The notes under the pieces: generated by a model | What the model saw: only the letters and a program-made list of their open reading frames with translations | The model's database searches: none | What the model was told of the DNA's origin: nothing | NCBI GenBank assembly: GCA_021613535.1 | Contig: CP075492.1 | Location: forward strand, 18,848,001 to 18,912,000 | Length of the DNA stretch: 64,000 nucleotides | Origin: Adineta vaga | Lineage: Eukaryota > Animalia > Rotifera | Reading direction: 5' to 3' | In this document: in pieces, positions 25,466 through 38,441 of the stretch | Position numbering within the stretch: position 1 is the first letter of the stretch | How the letters are laid out: every line of letters starts with the position of its first letter | Translations under genes and position numbers: made by a program

Positions 25466-27225
25466 AATCAACTTTGCATTTGAAACGAAAAGATTTGATA
25501 AGAAAACGATTTTTTTATTAGATTTTTATTTTTATTTTGAAAAAGAAAAAAGAGTTTGTTTAATCATTGAAATTATTAGTTTTGATCGAATATCGATTAA
25601 AGATGATCCAACATTGATTTGAATTCGAAGGATTTTCTGTGAAAATGACGGAAAATAATTGAAATACGATGAAAAAGTCAATTTTGATTGAAAAACGAAG
25701 ATAACTTGTAAATTGATTTGTAAAATCATAAATTTTTCGAGAAAAGTTTCGAATACTTATAAAATAAATCAACAATCGATTTTGAAATGAAAATTTGTTT
25801 TGAAGAAGAAATAAAGAAATTAAAAATGATTTTTTTCTTCGATTCGAAAATCAAAAATAAAATTGGAAGTCATTTTCTCAATTCGACAGTTGTGATTCGA
25901 AAGAAAATAAAAGAAATTGAATTAAATCAATTATCTCGTCTTCAGAGAATTTTTTTTGAATAAAAGAAAAAGAATTTTGAATTCTGAATTCAAAAAAATC
26001 CAATTAAAGCACAATTAACGATAAATATTTCCGAACTAAAAGATATATCAATCAGTCATGAGAACATCGATCTCAATTGAGCATTCTCTTACATTCTATA
26101 TGAAAATCAAAGGCACTAAACTACCGAGAACAATGAATTTTTTTCAATATAACCATATGGAAAAAAAAGAAAAACAAATTTGCTTGAATTTTACATAAGT
26201 TACACCTTATAACGGCTAATTACTCGGTCGTTACAGGCCACTTAAATCTGATCTTTTTATCTATTAATAATCAATATACTAAATCATTACCTGGAAATAA
26301 TGTGTCAAATGTATAAATATAAATTAACAATTAATCTACTGCAAAAAAATCATCTATAAAGAAAGCTTTCAGCTGCAAATTGTCTTTCATTTATTACTAG
26401 AGGTTATGGAAGGAGCTTCGTACTGATCCTCATTTATAGACTCATACAACTAAACAAAACCATCTGAGATAATCAATGACTGATTTGCTGATTCATGCCT
26501 TCTAGATATTCAATTTGTCAGCTTTATTATGTAGCACTATACCTGATTGGTCAGTTTCATCGATCTCCAAATCCTATTCGTGAAGTTTCTTTAAATTTTA
26601 ACCTTTAACTCCGACGCAAACACACCTCAAGATACGCATTATTTGTTGTCAGATGACCCTCCTTACACAGTCGAGGGAATATATTTTAAAGCAAAAGAAA
26701 ATATGAGGCAAACTTCCTTTCGAGGTTGAGAAAAAATAATAGCACCATTTGTTTATGTTATAATTTGTAAAAGAACTGTAATCATTCGATTCTAACTGTA
26801 TCGTGGTAATAACAGAGTAATAGAAAAAGAAAGAAAAAGCAGAAATAATTAACCAAAGAAGAAATATTGCATCAAACGTATCTAATTTTTTGACAAAATT
26901 ATTCAATTATTGATAAAAGTCTTTCGTCAATAATACGTGGTTTTCCATGTTCTTAAATATCATATATATTACCAAAGATTTTCGGTATAAAAATCAAATC
27001 TAAATATATAAATCCTTATGCAAATGGACGTAATCTATGAGTAATTAACATAAATTCATTTTTGCTTTATCATTTGAAAATACATGTGATAAGATATCAT
27101 CTTATCATATTAGTTATGCATTTCTTTTAGTATATTTGTTTTTATTATCATTATGAATTTTTACATAATACTATTTACAGAAAAAAATACTATATAACTT
27201 CTCTTCCATTACTCGGTGAAACGAA

Positions 27226-27886
27226 GTGATAAAGAAAAACGATACAATCAAATTTCTCACAATATTTCTTCTCTTCATATGTGTTCCCCTTTATGTATGT
27301 GAACAAGTCAACCAAAGAATATTTGAAGACTCAGAAACCATACCTCATACCTTTCCATGGATGGTCTTTTTACGTTTGAATTTTCTGAATATGATAACAC
27401 GAAATTGTGATGGTGTGATTATTTCGGATATATTTTTATTGACTTCAGCCAGTTGTTTTGAAGATGCTGTTTATTTCACTTCATATTATACAATTAAAGC
27501 AGGTTTACATCAACTAAATAGTGAGAATCAAACGACAAGTTCGAGTATTTCCACCATTTGATTTCAATACAACAGATGTATTACCAATAACATTATCAGA
27601 CTTAACATTAGTTGAAAATATGAATTTATTAGCAATTGGTTGGGGTAGTACAAACTCTACTCCCATAGCAACTGCTTTACAACAAGTAACTATTCAAGAA
27701 AATGTTCTTTTTGTTTTTCATTCGTACGTAAATCTTATTTTTTATTCAGGTGATATGGGTGGTCCATTGATGATTTATTCGAATAAAAGTGAACAATACG
27801 AACTGGTTGGTATTACAAGTTATCGTAATAAATGTATTGCCGAAGGTGTATTTACTCGAGTGGCACCATTTGCTAGTTGGATTTAG
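27226..27886 (+). pseudogene. Trypsin-like serine protease homolog, frameshifted/deleted
   Basis: Signal peptide, RIF..PHTFPWMV, CDGVII..LLTSASC, GWG and GDMGGPL, split over two frames with internal deletions. Catalytic His and Ser are replaced. Confidence 0.75.
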
Positions 27887-28411
27887 ATTTAAAGAAATGG
27901 ACAGACAGGTATCATCTTCGTTCATATATTCAATTTATAATACAACAGTTATTCAATGTGATTGGCTTGATGATCGTCAATTATGACGAATATCAACATC
28001 GAATAAGAAATTGTTTTATGCGCACTTTATTTGATTGGCGCTTATAGAATCTTATCAAATGCATCATATCCAAAAGATATCAAAGGTTTTGAATCACTTC
28101 AAGGTGAAATATTTCATATTGTGTCTTATATTAAGAAATATATAAAAATATTGATAATATTTCACAAATAAACAAGATGAGAAAACGAATATACAATGGT
28201 GAAATTGATATTATATAGTAAGGGAGAAACAACTGATTCTGCAACGACAGAATTACACGGATCACATAGATTGTTGGTATCTGGAACCAACTGTTTCACC
28301 CTTGCCTAACAACCTGTTTGAACTTCTAGTTCAAAGTTCATATTTTGTACATATCTTATTGTGACAGAGACTCTTATTCATTGTGTATGATGAAATACAA
28401 ATTTGTCTTTG

Positions 28412-29202
28412 TTAATTCCATTCTTCTATCGCAACTCTATGATAGGCGATGTTCGTAAGCACAGTGAAATATTCAAAAAGAGCTTGCATCGAATAGATAT
28501 TCGGTTCACAAAAGCGGTGGTGACGAAAGTAGAAATAGCCCGAAATGAAAAATGACGGCATACTTATAAGAAACCATCGTAATCGCTGTGTTCGTAATTT
28601 CTTTTCTAGTTCAGTTACTTCTACATAAATCGTATGTGTCCACATGTAGTCAATTCCTACAGTAAATAGCATGTGTAAGAAAGAAAATGTGATAAAACTA
28701 ATGTATGAATACATGTGAATCCAGTCGAATTCACGTAATGAAATATATGTAACAAGAAGAAGACAAGTAATTTCAAGAAAATGAAAACATCCATTAATCC
28801 GTTGCATTAGTACATAATATTTGGACGATGCCATGCCTGAACGAGACATGCGACGTTTAGTTTGTAAATAAGCAGTAATATAACGAGGAAAGCTAGCCAA
28901 TCCGAAACAGAATTACCAAATGAAACTTTGCGGAAAACAATAGCCAATCGATACTGATATTGTTGGAAGAAAATTATATACATTACAGTACGTAGATGTT
29001 GATTCTTCTAAATCTTTCAGTAATGTGAGACCAAGACAGGAAAAAAAAGCAAAATATGCTATCATGGAATTAAACCAAATCAAATCACGGACAAAAGTTT
29101 TCGGAGCTAAAATTCGAAGAAAGAAAATGGCGAATTCAAATGAAACAATGATGACTTACAGATCTTTGTTTCCTAGAAATCATACACTTCGAAGACCGAC
29201 AT
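28412..29202 (-). pseudogene. PGAP2: PGAP2/Frag1 (DRAM/Sfk1 family) gene with nonsense codons
   Basis: TSTYCNVYNFLPTISVSIG..PQSFIW*FCFGLASFPRY..YFYFRHHRFCEPNIYSMQALFEY. In-frame TAA at 28915-28913 and a TAG in the predicted first exon; intron ~29159-29108. Confidence 0.8.
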
Positions 29203-30431
29203 AATCTACAGATGTATAAACTTTCGTTAACTTATGCTTTCATATTCTATATTAAAAGTTTCTTTGGAATTAAGAGCAAAAATTCAAGTGCAGAAAACTT
29301 GCAAGACTCTTGTTAAAGTATTCTATTTCTATTAAGAAGTCTTGCTTCGTAACTTTCTACAGATTTGTTACAAAGTTTTGATCCCCATCTGGTAAATAAA
29401 AATCAGGTTATCGGTATTATTTTCACTTCTTTTTTTAGTTTTTACACACTCTCTTCGGGAAAAGATTCAATATAAACTAGGTATTTTAATGGCTATATTC
29501 TCTTGCTTTATCTCAATTTTCTTAAAATGGTAATTCGATTGAAATTCATAGTTTCTTTTTCTTTCACATACAAGAAACTAATGTAATTTTCAATAATGTA
29601 GGATCGAATGCATTGTTGCGCATTTTTATTTTGATAAACATCATACACTTTCTATAATTACCTTGAATAAAAATATTTCTTCTCTTTTTCTTTTTATCCC
29701 ACTATAGCTTGATGAGCAATATAATCGGCAAATATCTGAATGACGTTTAGCCTAATATAAGATGCATTCAGTGCAAATATTAATTACTAAATAAAAGTTC
29801 TTTTGTCTTCTATATATGATTTGATCATGAATATTGATATATAATAGTGAAAGCCTAGAGATACGAGTACAAGTTTTCACCACTGTTATTGACTTCGAGA
29901 AAAAGTGATCGGTAAATTTTTCTGTTGTCAGATGATGATTTAAATAAAGTAAGAATGTTAAGGTCTCATTGAGTGATCAGGCCATCCTAGTCCAGTATCA
30001 TCGAAGAGAAGGTTAGATGTATGAAAATAAATAAAATTCAAATTTTTCTTCATAATAGTCTTTTTGTCGCTTTTCCAGAGGTATGTTGCATTTTGAAGAT
30101 TTTTTCTTCAAAAACTAGTTCAAATTGGATAAAAGAGAGATAATCATGATTAACTCGATAAACCTTATTAAACTATATATATAAAAATAGAAGTTCGATT
30201 TTTTTTACTCAGAAATTTCCTGAGTGCACGTTATTTTTTTCTTTCGATGCGAGAAAAAATAAAATTGCATCTATATCGACGCAAAACGGAATGAGTATCT
30301 CTCTCTGTCTCTTTTTGTGACCAACAATTATATAAAGATGACACTTAAGTAAAAGACTATACCATTTAAATAGTTGTGATATTCATCTATCTTTTTTTTT
30401 TATCTTCAAGTATTTACGGCAATAAACGACA

Positions 30432-30692
30432 ATGAATATAATCAGTCAACTTATTTATTTAATCACCATGCTAGTTATGCTAACATCAATAGGTCTACCA
30501 CAGACTCGAGCCGGCGGTACAGCTCGTGGTGGTTGTAAAAATAGTCGTGGTAATGGTAGGCGTCGTGCTATTGAAGATGATCAAAACCACGATGTTGATG
30601 ATCGTACTGATGTTAGTCACATTCGTCGTGATGGCCGTACTGTTGGCATGCTTTTTAATCGTGTTCGTGGCCGTGATCATGATAGTAGATAA
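30432..30692 (+). CDS. Small secreted peptide precursor (putative)
   Basis: TATA-like TATAAA at ~30331; hydrophobic signal peptide; basic Gly/Arg-rich segments separated by RRR/RR sites and an acidic spacer. Confidence 0.55.
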   Translation: MNIISQLIYLITMLVMLTSIGLPQTRAGGTARGGCKNSRGNGRRRAIEDDQNHDVDDRTDVSHIRRDGRTVGMLFNRVRGRDHDSR

Positions 30693-31087
30693 GTCAAGTA
30701 CGTTCTGCAACATTCATGTTTTTTTATGATAGATAAACGATATTTTTTTCTGGAGAGAATATATATTACAAGCACCAACTGGCGATAAAATCGAACATTA
30801 TCCACTTCTTAATTTTCTCTCAGATGTATTGCAAGTTAACCTTCTTCTTCTTCTTCTATATTTGTAATTATTTTTTTCCCATTTATTCTGTATTCTTTTA
30901 TTTTGTAAAAAGAAAGCAATAAATCATGAAGATAACAAAAGACAAAACGAATGAGAATTTTATGATTAGTCAAGACTATATAAGTCATGTATTAAATGAA
31001 TTTCTTATCGTAAACTTATTTATGGTCTCTTTGTCTTTCTACTTTCATTAATATCTTCTCAATTTGAAACTCTTTTATATAAGATAT

Positions 31088-32086
31088 ATGGATCATATTT
31101 TTCCTGATGAAATATTTATAGAAATATTTCGATATACCGATAATTTAGATTTGTTTCGTGCTTTTTATAATTTAAATTTCCGTCTCAATTGTATTATCAC
31201 TCAAACACGTATTTATTTTCATAATGAATTAGCTGAAGAACATCATAAATATATTCTTCCATATATTCATCCTGAACAAATTCATTCATTTCATGTTAAT
31301 AAAGAAAATTTTCAATATTCAAAATTCAATCAATGTATCAATCTTCGTAAATTGAAATTTCATTCCCCTGATCATCCTGATCTTATCTATGTACAACCAT
31401 CAATATTTCCATATTTAAAAGAATTTAAAATTGATGTTCAAGAAGATTCATCTCTTATTTATTCTCAATTGTGTACAATGATATTTGATAATCAATTTCC
31501 AGTCTTACAATCAGTATGTTTAACATATGTTAAGTTTGGAGATCTATATTTAATAAAAACATGGTCAACTAGTTTAAAACATTTGACAATTAAATATTGT
31601 TATAAATCAGCGTTTTATGTTTTAATTGAAAATTTACCCAATTTAATACATTTTGATTGTAAATTTGTTGGATTAAGCCCAGGATCAATGAAAGAAGCAA
31701 ATTTATCATTAAGAAACTTAACTTTAATAACATGTAGGAAACCATTATTATATTCGAAATATAATTCAAGCATCGGACTTGATGAACTATTCAATATATA
31801 TCAGTATTTACCAAATTTACAACATACACTTCTGTATGTTTCTGATTCTCATCGATTGAAAACAATAGTTGATAAATTAAATCGTGTTTTATCATATTGT
31901 CCAAGATTAAAAAGCTTTCAATGTGTTATTAATTATTGTAAGGAAAGTTCAAAATCGATCGATGATATTAAAAAACGTTATCCGTTATTTCAAAATTGTG
32001 AAGCTATTATTTGGAAACATGAAGAAGGAATAGGATATGGATGCAAAATAACACAACATAGTTTGGTCAAGATTGAATCTAAATAA
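31088..32086 (+). CDS. F-box + LRR-like protein
   Basis: MDHIFPDEIFIEIFRYTD..DLFRAFYNLNFRLN F-box-like start; LxxL repeats; single exon. Confidence 0.8.
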   Translation: MDHIFPDEIFIEIFRYTDNLDLFRAFYNLNFRLNCIITQTRIYFHNELAEEHHKYILPYIHPEQIHSFHVNKENFQYSKFNQCINLRKLKFHSPDHPDLIYVQPSIFPYLKEFKIDVQEDSSLIYSQLCTMIFDNQFPVLQSVCLTYVKFGDLYLIKTWSTSLKHLTIKYCYKSAFYVLIENLPNLIHFDCKFVGLSPGSMKEANLSLRNLTLITCRKPLLYSKYNSSIGLDELFNIYQYLPNLQHTLLYVSDSHRLKTIVDKLNRVLSYCPRLKSFQCVINYCKESSKSIDDIKKRYPLFQNCEAIIWKHEEGIGYGCKITQHSLVKIESK

Positions 32087-32127
32087 AGTAAACTAAAATC
32101 CTATCCAATCAGTCAATCATAACAAAA

Positions 32128-32185
32128 GCGGTGTGGACGAGGGTGTTATATAGATGCAGTACGAACACCCACACCCACACCCACC
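32128..32185. repeat. Telomere-like palindromic element (copy between convergent genes)
   Basis: GCGGTGTGGACGAGGGTGTT, spacer, AACACCCACACCCACACCCACC. Confidence 0.8.
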
Positions 32186-32275
32186 ATTTATTGAGATTCT
32201 TTACTCAAAGTTCTTTTCACGATGTTTTAGTTTATTTCAAACGAAAATCATAAGGTATAGAATGAACTATAAAAA

Positions 32276-34222
32276 TTATCTTTTAGCAAATACATTCACA
32301 ATTCCTCCTTTCATCACAACATTTTCAATGGATTTGTTTTTTTGACGTCTTTTAACAATATATATACCAACTAAAAACAAAGCAAGAAGAATAACTGTTG
32401 AAGGAATTACTATTGCTATTATTATTTTCCAATTTCCGTTATCATTTGATGTTGATCTAGTACTAGTCGTAACTTGAACAGTCGTATTATTTCCCCTAGA
32501 TAAACAATAAGAATCAATATTCTGACATTCTTGAGCTAGTTTCTCGATAATCGATTGATTTGATAGACAAACTGAATCGTCCTGTGTATAAATTATGTTT
32601 TTCAACATAAATAGAAAACAATTACATGGATGATTTTTATCAAGAACTAAAGTTGTATGATTAAAGATCTTAAATATTGGTTTTGATAAACAATAATCAT
32701 CATTATTGAACTGAATATCATGAAAAAGAATATTAATATCATATAATTCATGATTCCATTGGATTGGTGTACTATCATTAGATTCTAATAACCAGAATCT
32801 ATCCGTTTTTGTTATTCCTGAAAGATCCAATGATAATAGTTCTTTTAATTTCATAAAAACAAACCAGTTTATTTCAAGTAAATTGGTACAATTTGCTAAT
32901 GATAATTTGTTAAGGGTTGATGCCACATTATAAAGAAATGAAGTTGTTTGATTTTTAGGTTGAAATTCTTCATCATAGACTGTTGTTATTGTTTCTAATG
33001 AAGAAATTGGATTCCAACTTAAATCAAGAATTGACAAACTTGTATGATTAAAAACTAATGGATGAATAAATTCAATTTGATTATGACTCAAATTAATTAC
33101 TCGAAGTCTACGTGCATTTTTAAATGTATTTTCATTTAATTTTTGAATTAAATTATAATCTGTGTCTAATACTTCCAAATGTGAAAAATCTTGTAATGCA
33201 TCGAGATTAGGAAGAAAATTGCCTGATAAATCAAGAAAACGCAATGTTCGATTCAATGGAGATAAAAATGATATTATTTCATTATTATTTGTCACAGTTT
33301 CCAATGATGTTAAATGATTATTATTTAAGACTAAACCAGCTAAAAAGTGCAAATCAATAAATGCATCATGTGCGATTCGTTTTATTCGGTTCTGTGATAA
33401 ATCAATTTCATACAATTGATTTTCAGAAGGAAATAAATTGGATCTAACTTCTGAAATATAATTATCACGCAAATTAAGAATACTAAGATGATGAAATTTA
33501 ACTAAAGAAGGAAAATGAACAATGCCACTAGATGATAAATCTAACTTAGTTAAAGAATTAGATGATAAACTATCATAAAGATGATCAATATTTGTTAATG
33601 TAACATTATTGAAGAAAGTTTCCGTCCAATATAAAGTCGATGATTGGTTGAAAATAAATTGAACTTCTTTTGAATTTAGAATACTTATTTCAACAATAGT
33701 TGTATTATCAAATGCTTTTAAATTGAGTTGATATGGTTGAGCATAAATATCATTATATTGAATATTGTCAATAGTTAATTCTTGATATTCCGTTTTACTA
33801 AAAGCATAATCATCAAGTTGAAAATTTCTTGGTGAATAAAATCGAATATATTTTGGTATTTCGGAAAAATGATTCAGTAGTTCAAAACTATTTTCTGCTA
33901 TTTGATCAATTCCATTTATAAAACTGATATTGACCTGGCGAAGTGAAGAAAATTGTGATGAAAATGATGTAAATGTTGAGGGTGTTAAACGAGTGAAATT
34001 GATAAAATTAAATGCAGCATATATATGTTCAGCTGATGAAAATGTTGACCAATCAATAAGCATTTGATCACTGGGATGATTTTCAATACAAGTTACTAAA
34101 CTTCTATCATTGTTACAATTGCACGTGACATTAGTATTATCCAGACATATTGTTTGGGATTCAATGGAAATTAACAGGGAGATTAAATGAAGAATATAGA
34201 AAAGCACGTTCAGAACAAACAT
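32276..34222 (-). CDS. Leucine-rich repeat type I transmembrane protein
   Basis: Signal peptide; N-cap cysteines; LxxLDLSxNxI repeats; HPCNC C-cap; TM WKIIIAIVIPSTVILLALFLVGIYIV; short basic tail; intronless. Confidence 0.92.
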   Translation of the reverse strand: MFVLNVLFYILHLISLLISIESQTICLDNTNVTCNCNNDRSLVTCIENHPSDQMLIDWSTFSSAEHIYAAFNFINFTRLTPSTFTSFSSQFSSLRQVNISFINGIDQIAENSFELLNHFSEIPKYIRFYSPRNFQLDDYAFSKTEYQELTIDNIQYNDIYAQPYQLNLKAFDNTTIVEISILNSKEVQFIFNQSSTLYWTETFFNNVTLTNIDHLYDSLSSNSLTKLDLSSSGIVHFPSLVKFHHLSILNLRDNYISEVRSNLFPSENQLYEIDLSQNRIKRIAHDAFIDLHFLAGLVLNNNHLTSLETVTNNNEIISFLSPLNRTLRFLDLSGNFLPNLDALQDFSHLEVLDTDYNLIQKLNENTFKNARRLRVINLSHNQIEFIHPLVFNHTSLSILDLSWNPISSLETITTVYDEEFQPKNQTTSFLYNVASTLNKLSLANCTNLLEINWFVFMKLKELLSLDLSGITKTDRFWLLESNDSTPIQWNHELYDINILFHDIQFNNDDYCLSKPIFKIFNHTTLVLDKNHPCNCFLFMLKNIIYTQDDSVCLSNQSIIEKLAQECQNIDSYCLSRGNNTTVQVTTSTRSTSNDNGNWKIIIAIVIPSTVILLALFLVGIYIVKRRQKNKSIENVVMKGGIVNVFAKR

Positions 34223-34475
34223 TGATGTTCTTCAAAAGAAAGGTTGTATGAAAATGAAAGGTTTAAATATCTTCTTTTTTTTCGTATGTTATCTATTATC
34301 ATGCATATTTTTATCATTGAGTTTCTTATAACGCCCATAGTGTTTAAAGGAGCATTATGAATCATTGATAAGGACTTTGAAGGACTGTCAGGTTGAGTTA
34401 CATATTGATACATCACTCACAGCATTATCTTTCAAGATATGCAAAATCCTCAAACGTTCATGAATAGAGTCATGT

Positions 34476-34536
34476 TGAGGGTGTAGTTGTGGTTGTTGGT
34501 CAAGATATCTCTTCTTTACTCACACCCACACCCTCA
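34476..34536. repeat. Telomere-like palindromic element (copy)
   Basis: TGAGGGTGTAGTTGTGGTTG, spacer, CTCACACCCACACCCTCA. Confidence 0.85.
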
Positions 34537-34802
34537 CAATATTCTTCATCAATAATTCCATTAGATAGTTATTCTTAGAAAAAGAAAGAAAAAGTTGCAA
34601 AATCAAAATTAAATCATTTAGATAAAAGTTCGATCAAATAAAAGATACATATATATATTATATAATATTCTCTCAGTTCTTTCTTGTTTAGAATTTATAT
34701 TCTCAACTATCATGCATTATCCTTTGGTATAATTCTTTTTTAATGTATTTACATAAAATTCAAAAAAATAACGCTTGAATATTTTTGTAAAAAGAAAACG
34801 TT

Positions 34803-35600
34803 TTAAACTTTTAATTGTTCAACTCTATTAACAAGTGTTGGTAAAGTTGTTGCAGCTGTTCCACCTAAATATTCATAATTATTTAATCGAGAAAAATTTG
34901 TTCTTTCTAAATTAATATCAATTAATGTTGCACCATTATGTGCAGCTAATTCAGGTAAACCAGCAGCTGGATAAACTTGTGCTGATGTTCCAACAATAAT
35001 CATAACATCACCTGATTCTAATCTTCTTGTTGCCATTTCTGCACCTAACCATTGATCTCTTGGTAAACTTTCAGTAAACAAAACGCAATCAGGACGTAAT
35101 GTTGAATGACAACCTTCAATTTGACATCTTGGAGATGTTCTTGGAAGATTTGTTTCACTATGAAAATCATAAATATGACCATTTGTTATACATCGACTAC
35201 GTCGAACAGTTCCATGTACTTCAAATACATGATCAGAATTAGAACCAGCTTTTTGATGTAAACCATCAACATTTTGTGTTATAATTGACATTTCTGGACA
35301 TAATTTTTCTAAACGAACAAGTGCTTGATGACCTTCATTTGGTTGTGCATCACGTATTGGATTATAAAATACATCAATATATTTACTCCAAGCAAGACCT
35401 GGTGTCCATTTCCAACCAATTGGTGTACCAAACCACCCTAATACAATAGTACCAAGAAGACCATTCCATAAACCACTACCACCACGAAATGTTCCAATAC
35501 CAGATTCTGCTGACATACCAGCACCAGTAAAACAAACAATACGTTGTGCATTAGCAAGAATTTGTGCACATTTTTCTAACATATCAGAATTTGTTGTCAT
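34803..35600 (-). CDS. Sirtuin NAD-dependent deacylase, CobB/SIRT5-like
   Basis: TGAGMSAESGIGTFRG, ITQNVDGLH, EVHG, LRPDCVLF and VGTSAQVYPAA motifs; intronless. Confidence 0.93.
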   Translation of the reverse strand: MTTNSDMLEKCAQILANAQRIVCFTGAGMSAESGIGTFRGGSGLWNGLLGTIVLGWFGTPIGWKWTPGLAWSKYIDVFYNPIRDAQPNEGHQALVRLEKLCPEMSIITQNVDGLHQKAGSNSDHVFEVHGTVRRSRCITNGHIYDFHSETNLPRTSPRCQIEGCHSTLRPDCVLFTESLPRDQWLGAEMATRRLESGDVMIIVGTSAQVYPAAGLPELAAHNGATLIDINLERTNFSRLNNYEYLGGTAATTLPTLVNRVEQLKV

Positions 35601-35742
35601 TATTAATTTATTTTAATAACTTAATCTTTGGATTTGAAGATTGATATCACAGTGTTTTATTCTTCTATTACGAGCATAAAGCTTAAGTTCTATTGTTAAT
35701 CGTTCTATCCAGTAAAAAATATATATTCACAGATGTCGCATA

Positions 35743-35790
35743 TTGGGTGTGAGTGTGTTTTACATCTTATTCGTCACCACCCACCCTCAA
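35743..35790. repeat. Telomere-like palindromic element (copy)
   Basis: TTGGGTGTGAGTGTG, spacer, CACCACCCACCCTCAA(GATT). Confidence 0.8.
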
Positions 35791-36199
35791 GATTTAGAAT
35801 TTTTTATTAAATTGATTGAATAGTAATCTTAATTTTGTTTAGAATATATCCTTATAAAAAAACAGAGATGCCTGACTTGAGCATGAAACATTTGTTTATT
35901 ATGAAGGAAAAAGCAGATGGTTTTCTTTCATATAATTTCTCAAAATAGAATAAAAATATACTTCACCTACAATATGTTGCTCATTAAGAAATTATAATGT
36001 ATTATGACTTTTTCAATGCTTTTATACAATATTAGCACATTGTTTGCGTAATTTAAAACTTTCTATACATAAAATTTCGTTATTTATCATATTGATTCTT
36101 ATAATTTACTGAATGTTTAATAGACAATAATCAATCATTTTACTTAAGCAAAAGTAAGAAAAATGATTAAATATAATTTCAAATTAAAATAATTATATA

Positions 36200-37583
36200 A
36201 TGAATAAGATGATGATGTTCGATTTGTTGATAATAAATTTATAGAAATTGAAGTTTTCGTTGTTGTTGTTGTTGTTGATGTTGACGCTATTTTAAATGAA
36301 AACATGAATGTCTTTCTTTGGAGAATTATATTTTTTGAAAAAAAAGCAATTTCTTCTTACTTATTGTTGTTGTTGTTGTACCGATCATTGTTGAAGCTAG
36401 CAAATAAAATATTGACTATTTTATAAAATAAAATAAAACTTACAACAATTTATATTAAATTTTTGAATTCGACTATTATATGTATCAGCAACATAAAGAT
36501 TTCCTTTAGAATCAAACCGAATACTAAAAGGATAATTTAATTGATTTGGTGCTGAACCATATGAGTTACCATACCAGCTATAACTGAACCATAATTTTCT
36601 CCAATAATCCATCGTACAATTCGACTATTTCCAATATCAACAATAAACATTGTTTTATCTCTATCGACAATTATGTTTGTTGGATATGATAATTGATTTA
36701 ATTCATTTCCTTCTATTGTTGATTGTCGAGCAACAGTTGTACCTCTTGTTGTACCTTCAAACCATCTTTGTATTCGATGATTTTTTCTATCAGCAACATA
36801 TAATGTATTAGAATCATCAATATCAACAAATAAACCATATGGATCATCAAATTGATATGCTTCCGAACCACATGCAGTTCCGGCAATCAATGTTGCATTT
36901 GTTAATGACATCTATTTCAAAATACGACAATTACCTGTATCAGAAATCCAAAGAAATAATGTTTGAGGTTGAAGAAAAAATCCAACTGCAGAATATATTT
37001 GATTTATTGAAGGACTCGAACGATTTCTACCAGCTACAATTATTGGATTTGATGATCTTGGTGACCATTTCGTTATACGACTATTTGCACTATCAATTAT
37101 ATAAATATTTCCATTAAAATCAATTGTAAATGCATCCACTAAACAAAAAAGAAAGAGACATAAAATATTCTTTTTATTTATTGAAACATTTTACTAAAAA
37201 TAAATTGACTGACATTAGAAGATCCATAACTTCCACTAATAATTGTTATTCCTTGTATTTGATTGACATTAAATAATTGTACACGATAATTTCCACCATC
37301 TAATACATAAAGTGTATCATTTGAACTAATCCATATATCACGAGGAGTAAATAATCTAGATAAACCTGAACCACCAAAACCTTGACACGATCCAGCCATT
37401 GTTGTTGCATTTAATGACCAATTTGCTGATGGACATAGAATTAATGACAAAATTTTATTCAATAAACATCTTTAAACGAAGAAAAACAAAAATTTTCCAT
37501 TATTAATCAAGTTTTTTCTGTCATTGTTAAACTTACAAATGAATAATTTGAATTTGATAAAATAAATTTTATTTAATAAGCAT
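36200..37583 (-). pseudogene. Secreted NHL-repeat gene with Thr-rich tail, disrupted
   Basis: CPSANWSLNATTMAG NHL start. TAG at 36914-36912 where Trp is expected (ILK*MS); frameshift near 36570 (VIAG / GNSYGSAPNQLNYP); small Thr-rich exons at 36200-36400. Confidence 0.75.
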
Positions 37584-38441
37584 TTGCTTTTTTCAAATCT
37601 AAAGTTTCATCAATCGAAATTCAAACAAAGTCTCAAAAAAGGAAAAGTTTTACCTAATAAATCTTTTTGTTAATAATTAGATAAATATTCCAGAACACAA
37701 AAAATTGTCGGAAAAGGCGCGATAAGAGATTAAATAAAAAAACCTCGCAGTTTTAAACAATCTTCTATTGCTTTGAATGAGTGAGAAAATCTACCCTTCT
37801 TCATATTCCGATGTTCTAAGAATGAAAATGATTTTTTCCCATTGTTTTTCTCGGTGAAACCGGAGAAGAAAGGTTGTACTCGTTTTAAAGGATCTTAAAA
37901 ATCACATTTCTTTACTAGGGTATGTAGGAAAAATCTTCTCAGAAATCTCGGTAATGTCTTTCTTACAGTTAAACTTACCGTTATGAGAATCGAGAATAAT
38001 GTTCAAATAGTATGAATATATATAATATTTCAGACTTTGCTTTTATGAAGTACCAATATTGTTGGATTACCCTATATATATATATAAGAAAACAATTGAA
38101 AAAGAAAAGCAAACATTTATTTCTTGATTAAACCATCAATATTCTTTTCCTTCGTTTGGTGACTTTCTTGAAAGTAGAATTACCTTACACATGTTTATCA
38201 GGAGAATTGAATAAAGAATTTGTTGTTCTAGAAAAAACATTTTTTTGCTTCTCATATCCTTAAGTGAGTGAAAAAAAAATTGTTTTTTGAAAACTATAGT
38301 TGTTGAACAAGAAGCAATGGAATAGCATTTATTGATGAAATGACATACGGCTGTTGAGATATTGAAAAGAATTTTTAGTTTAGTATTATTACGTTTTTAT
38401 TCTAGATATTTTACTCTTGTGAATATGAGCATGGCATTTAA

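Noticed and set aside
30495-30729. Thr-rich and Val-rich ORFs
   Set aside because: They are alternative-frame shadows of the 30432-30692 ORF.
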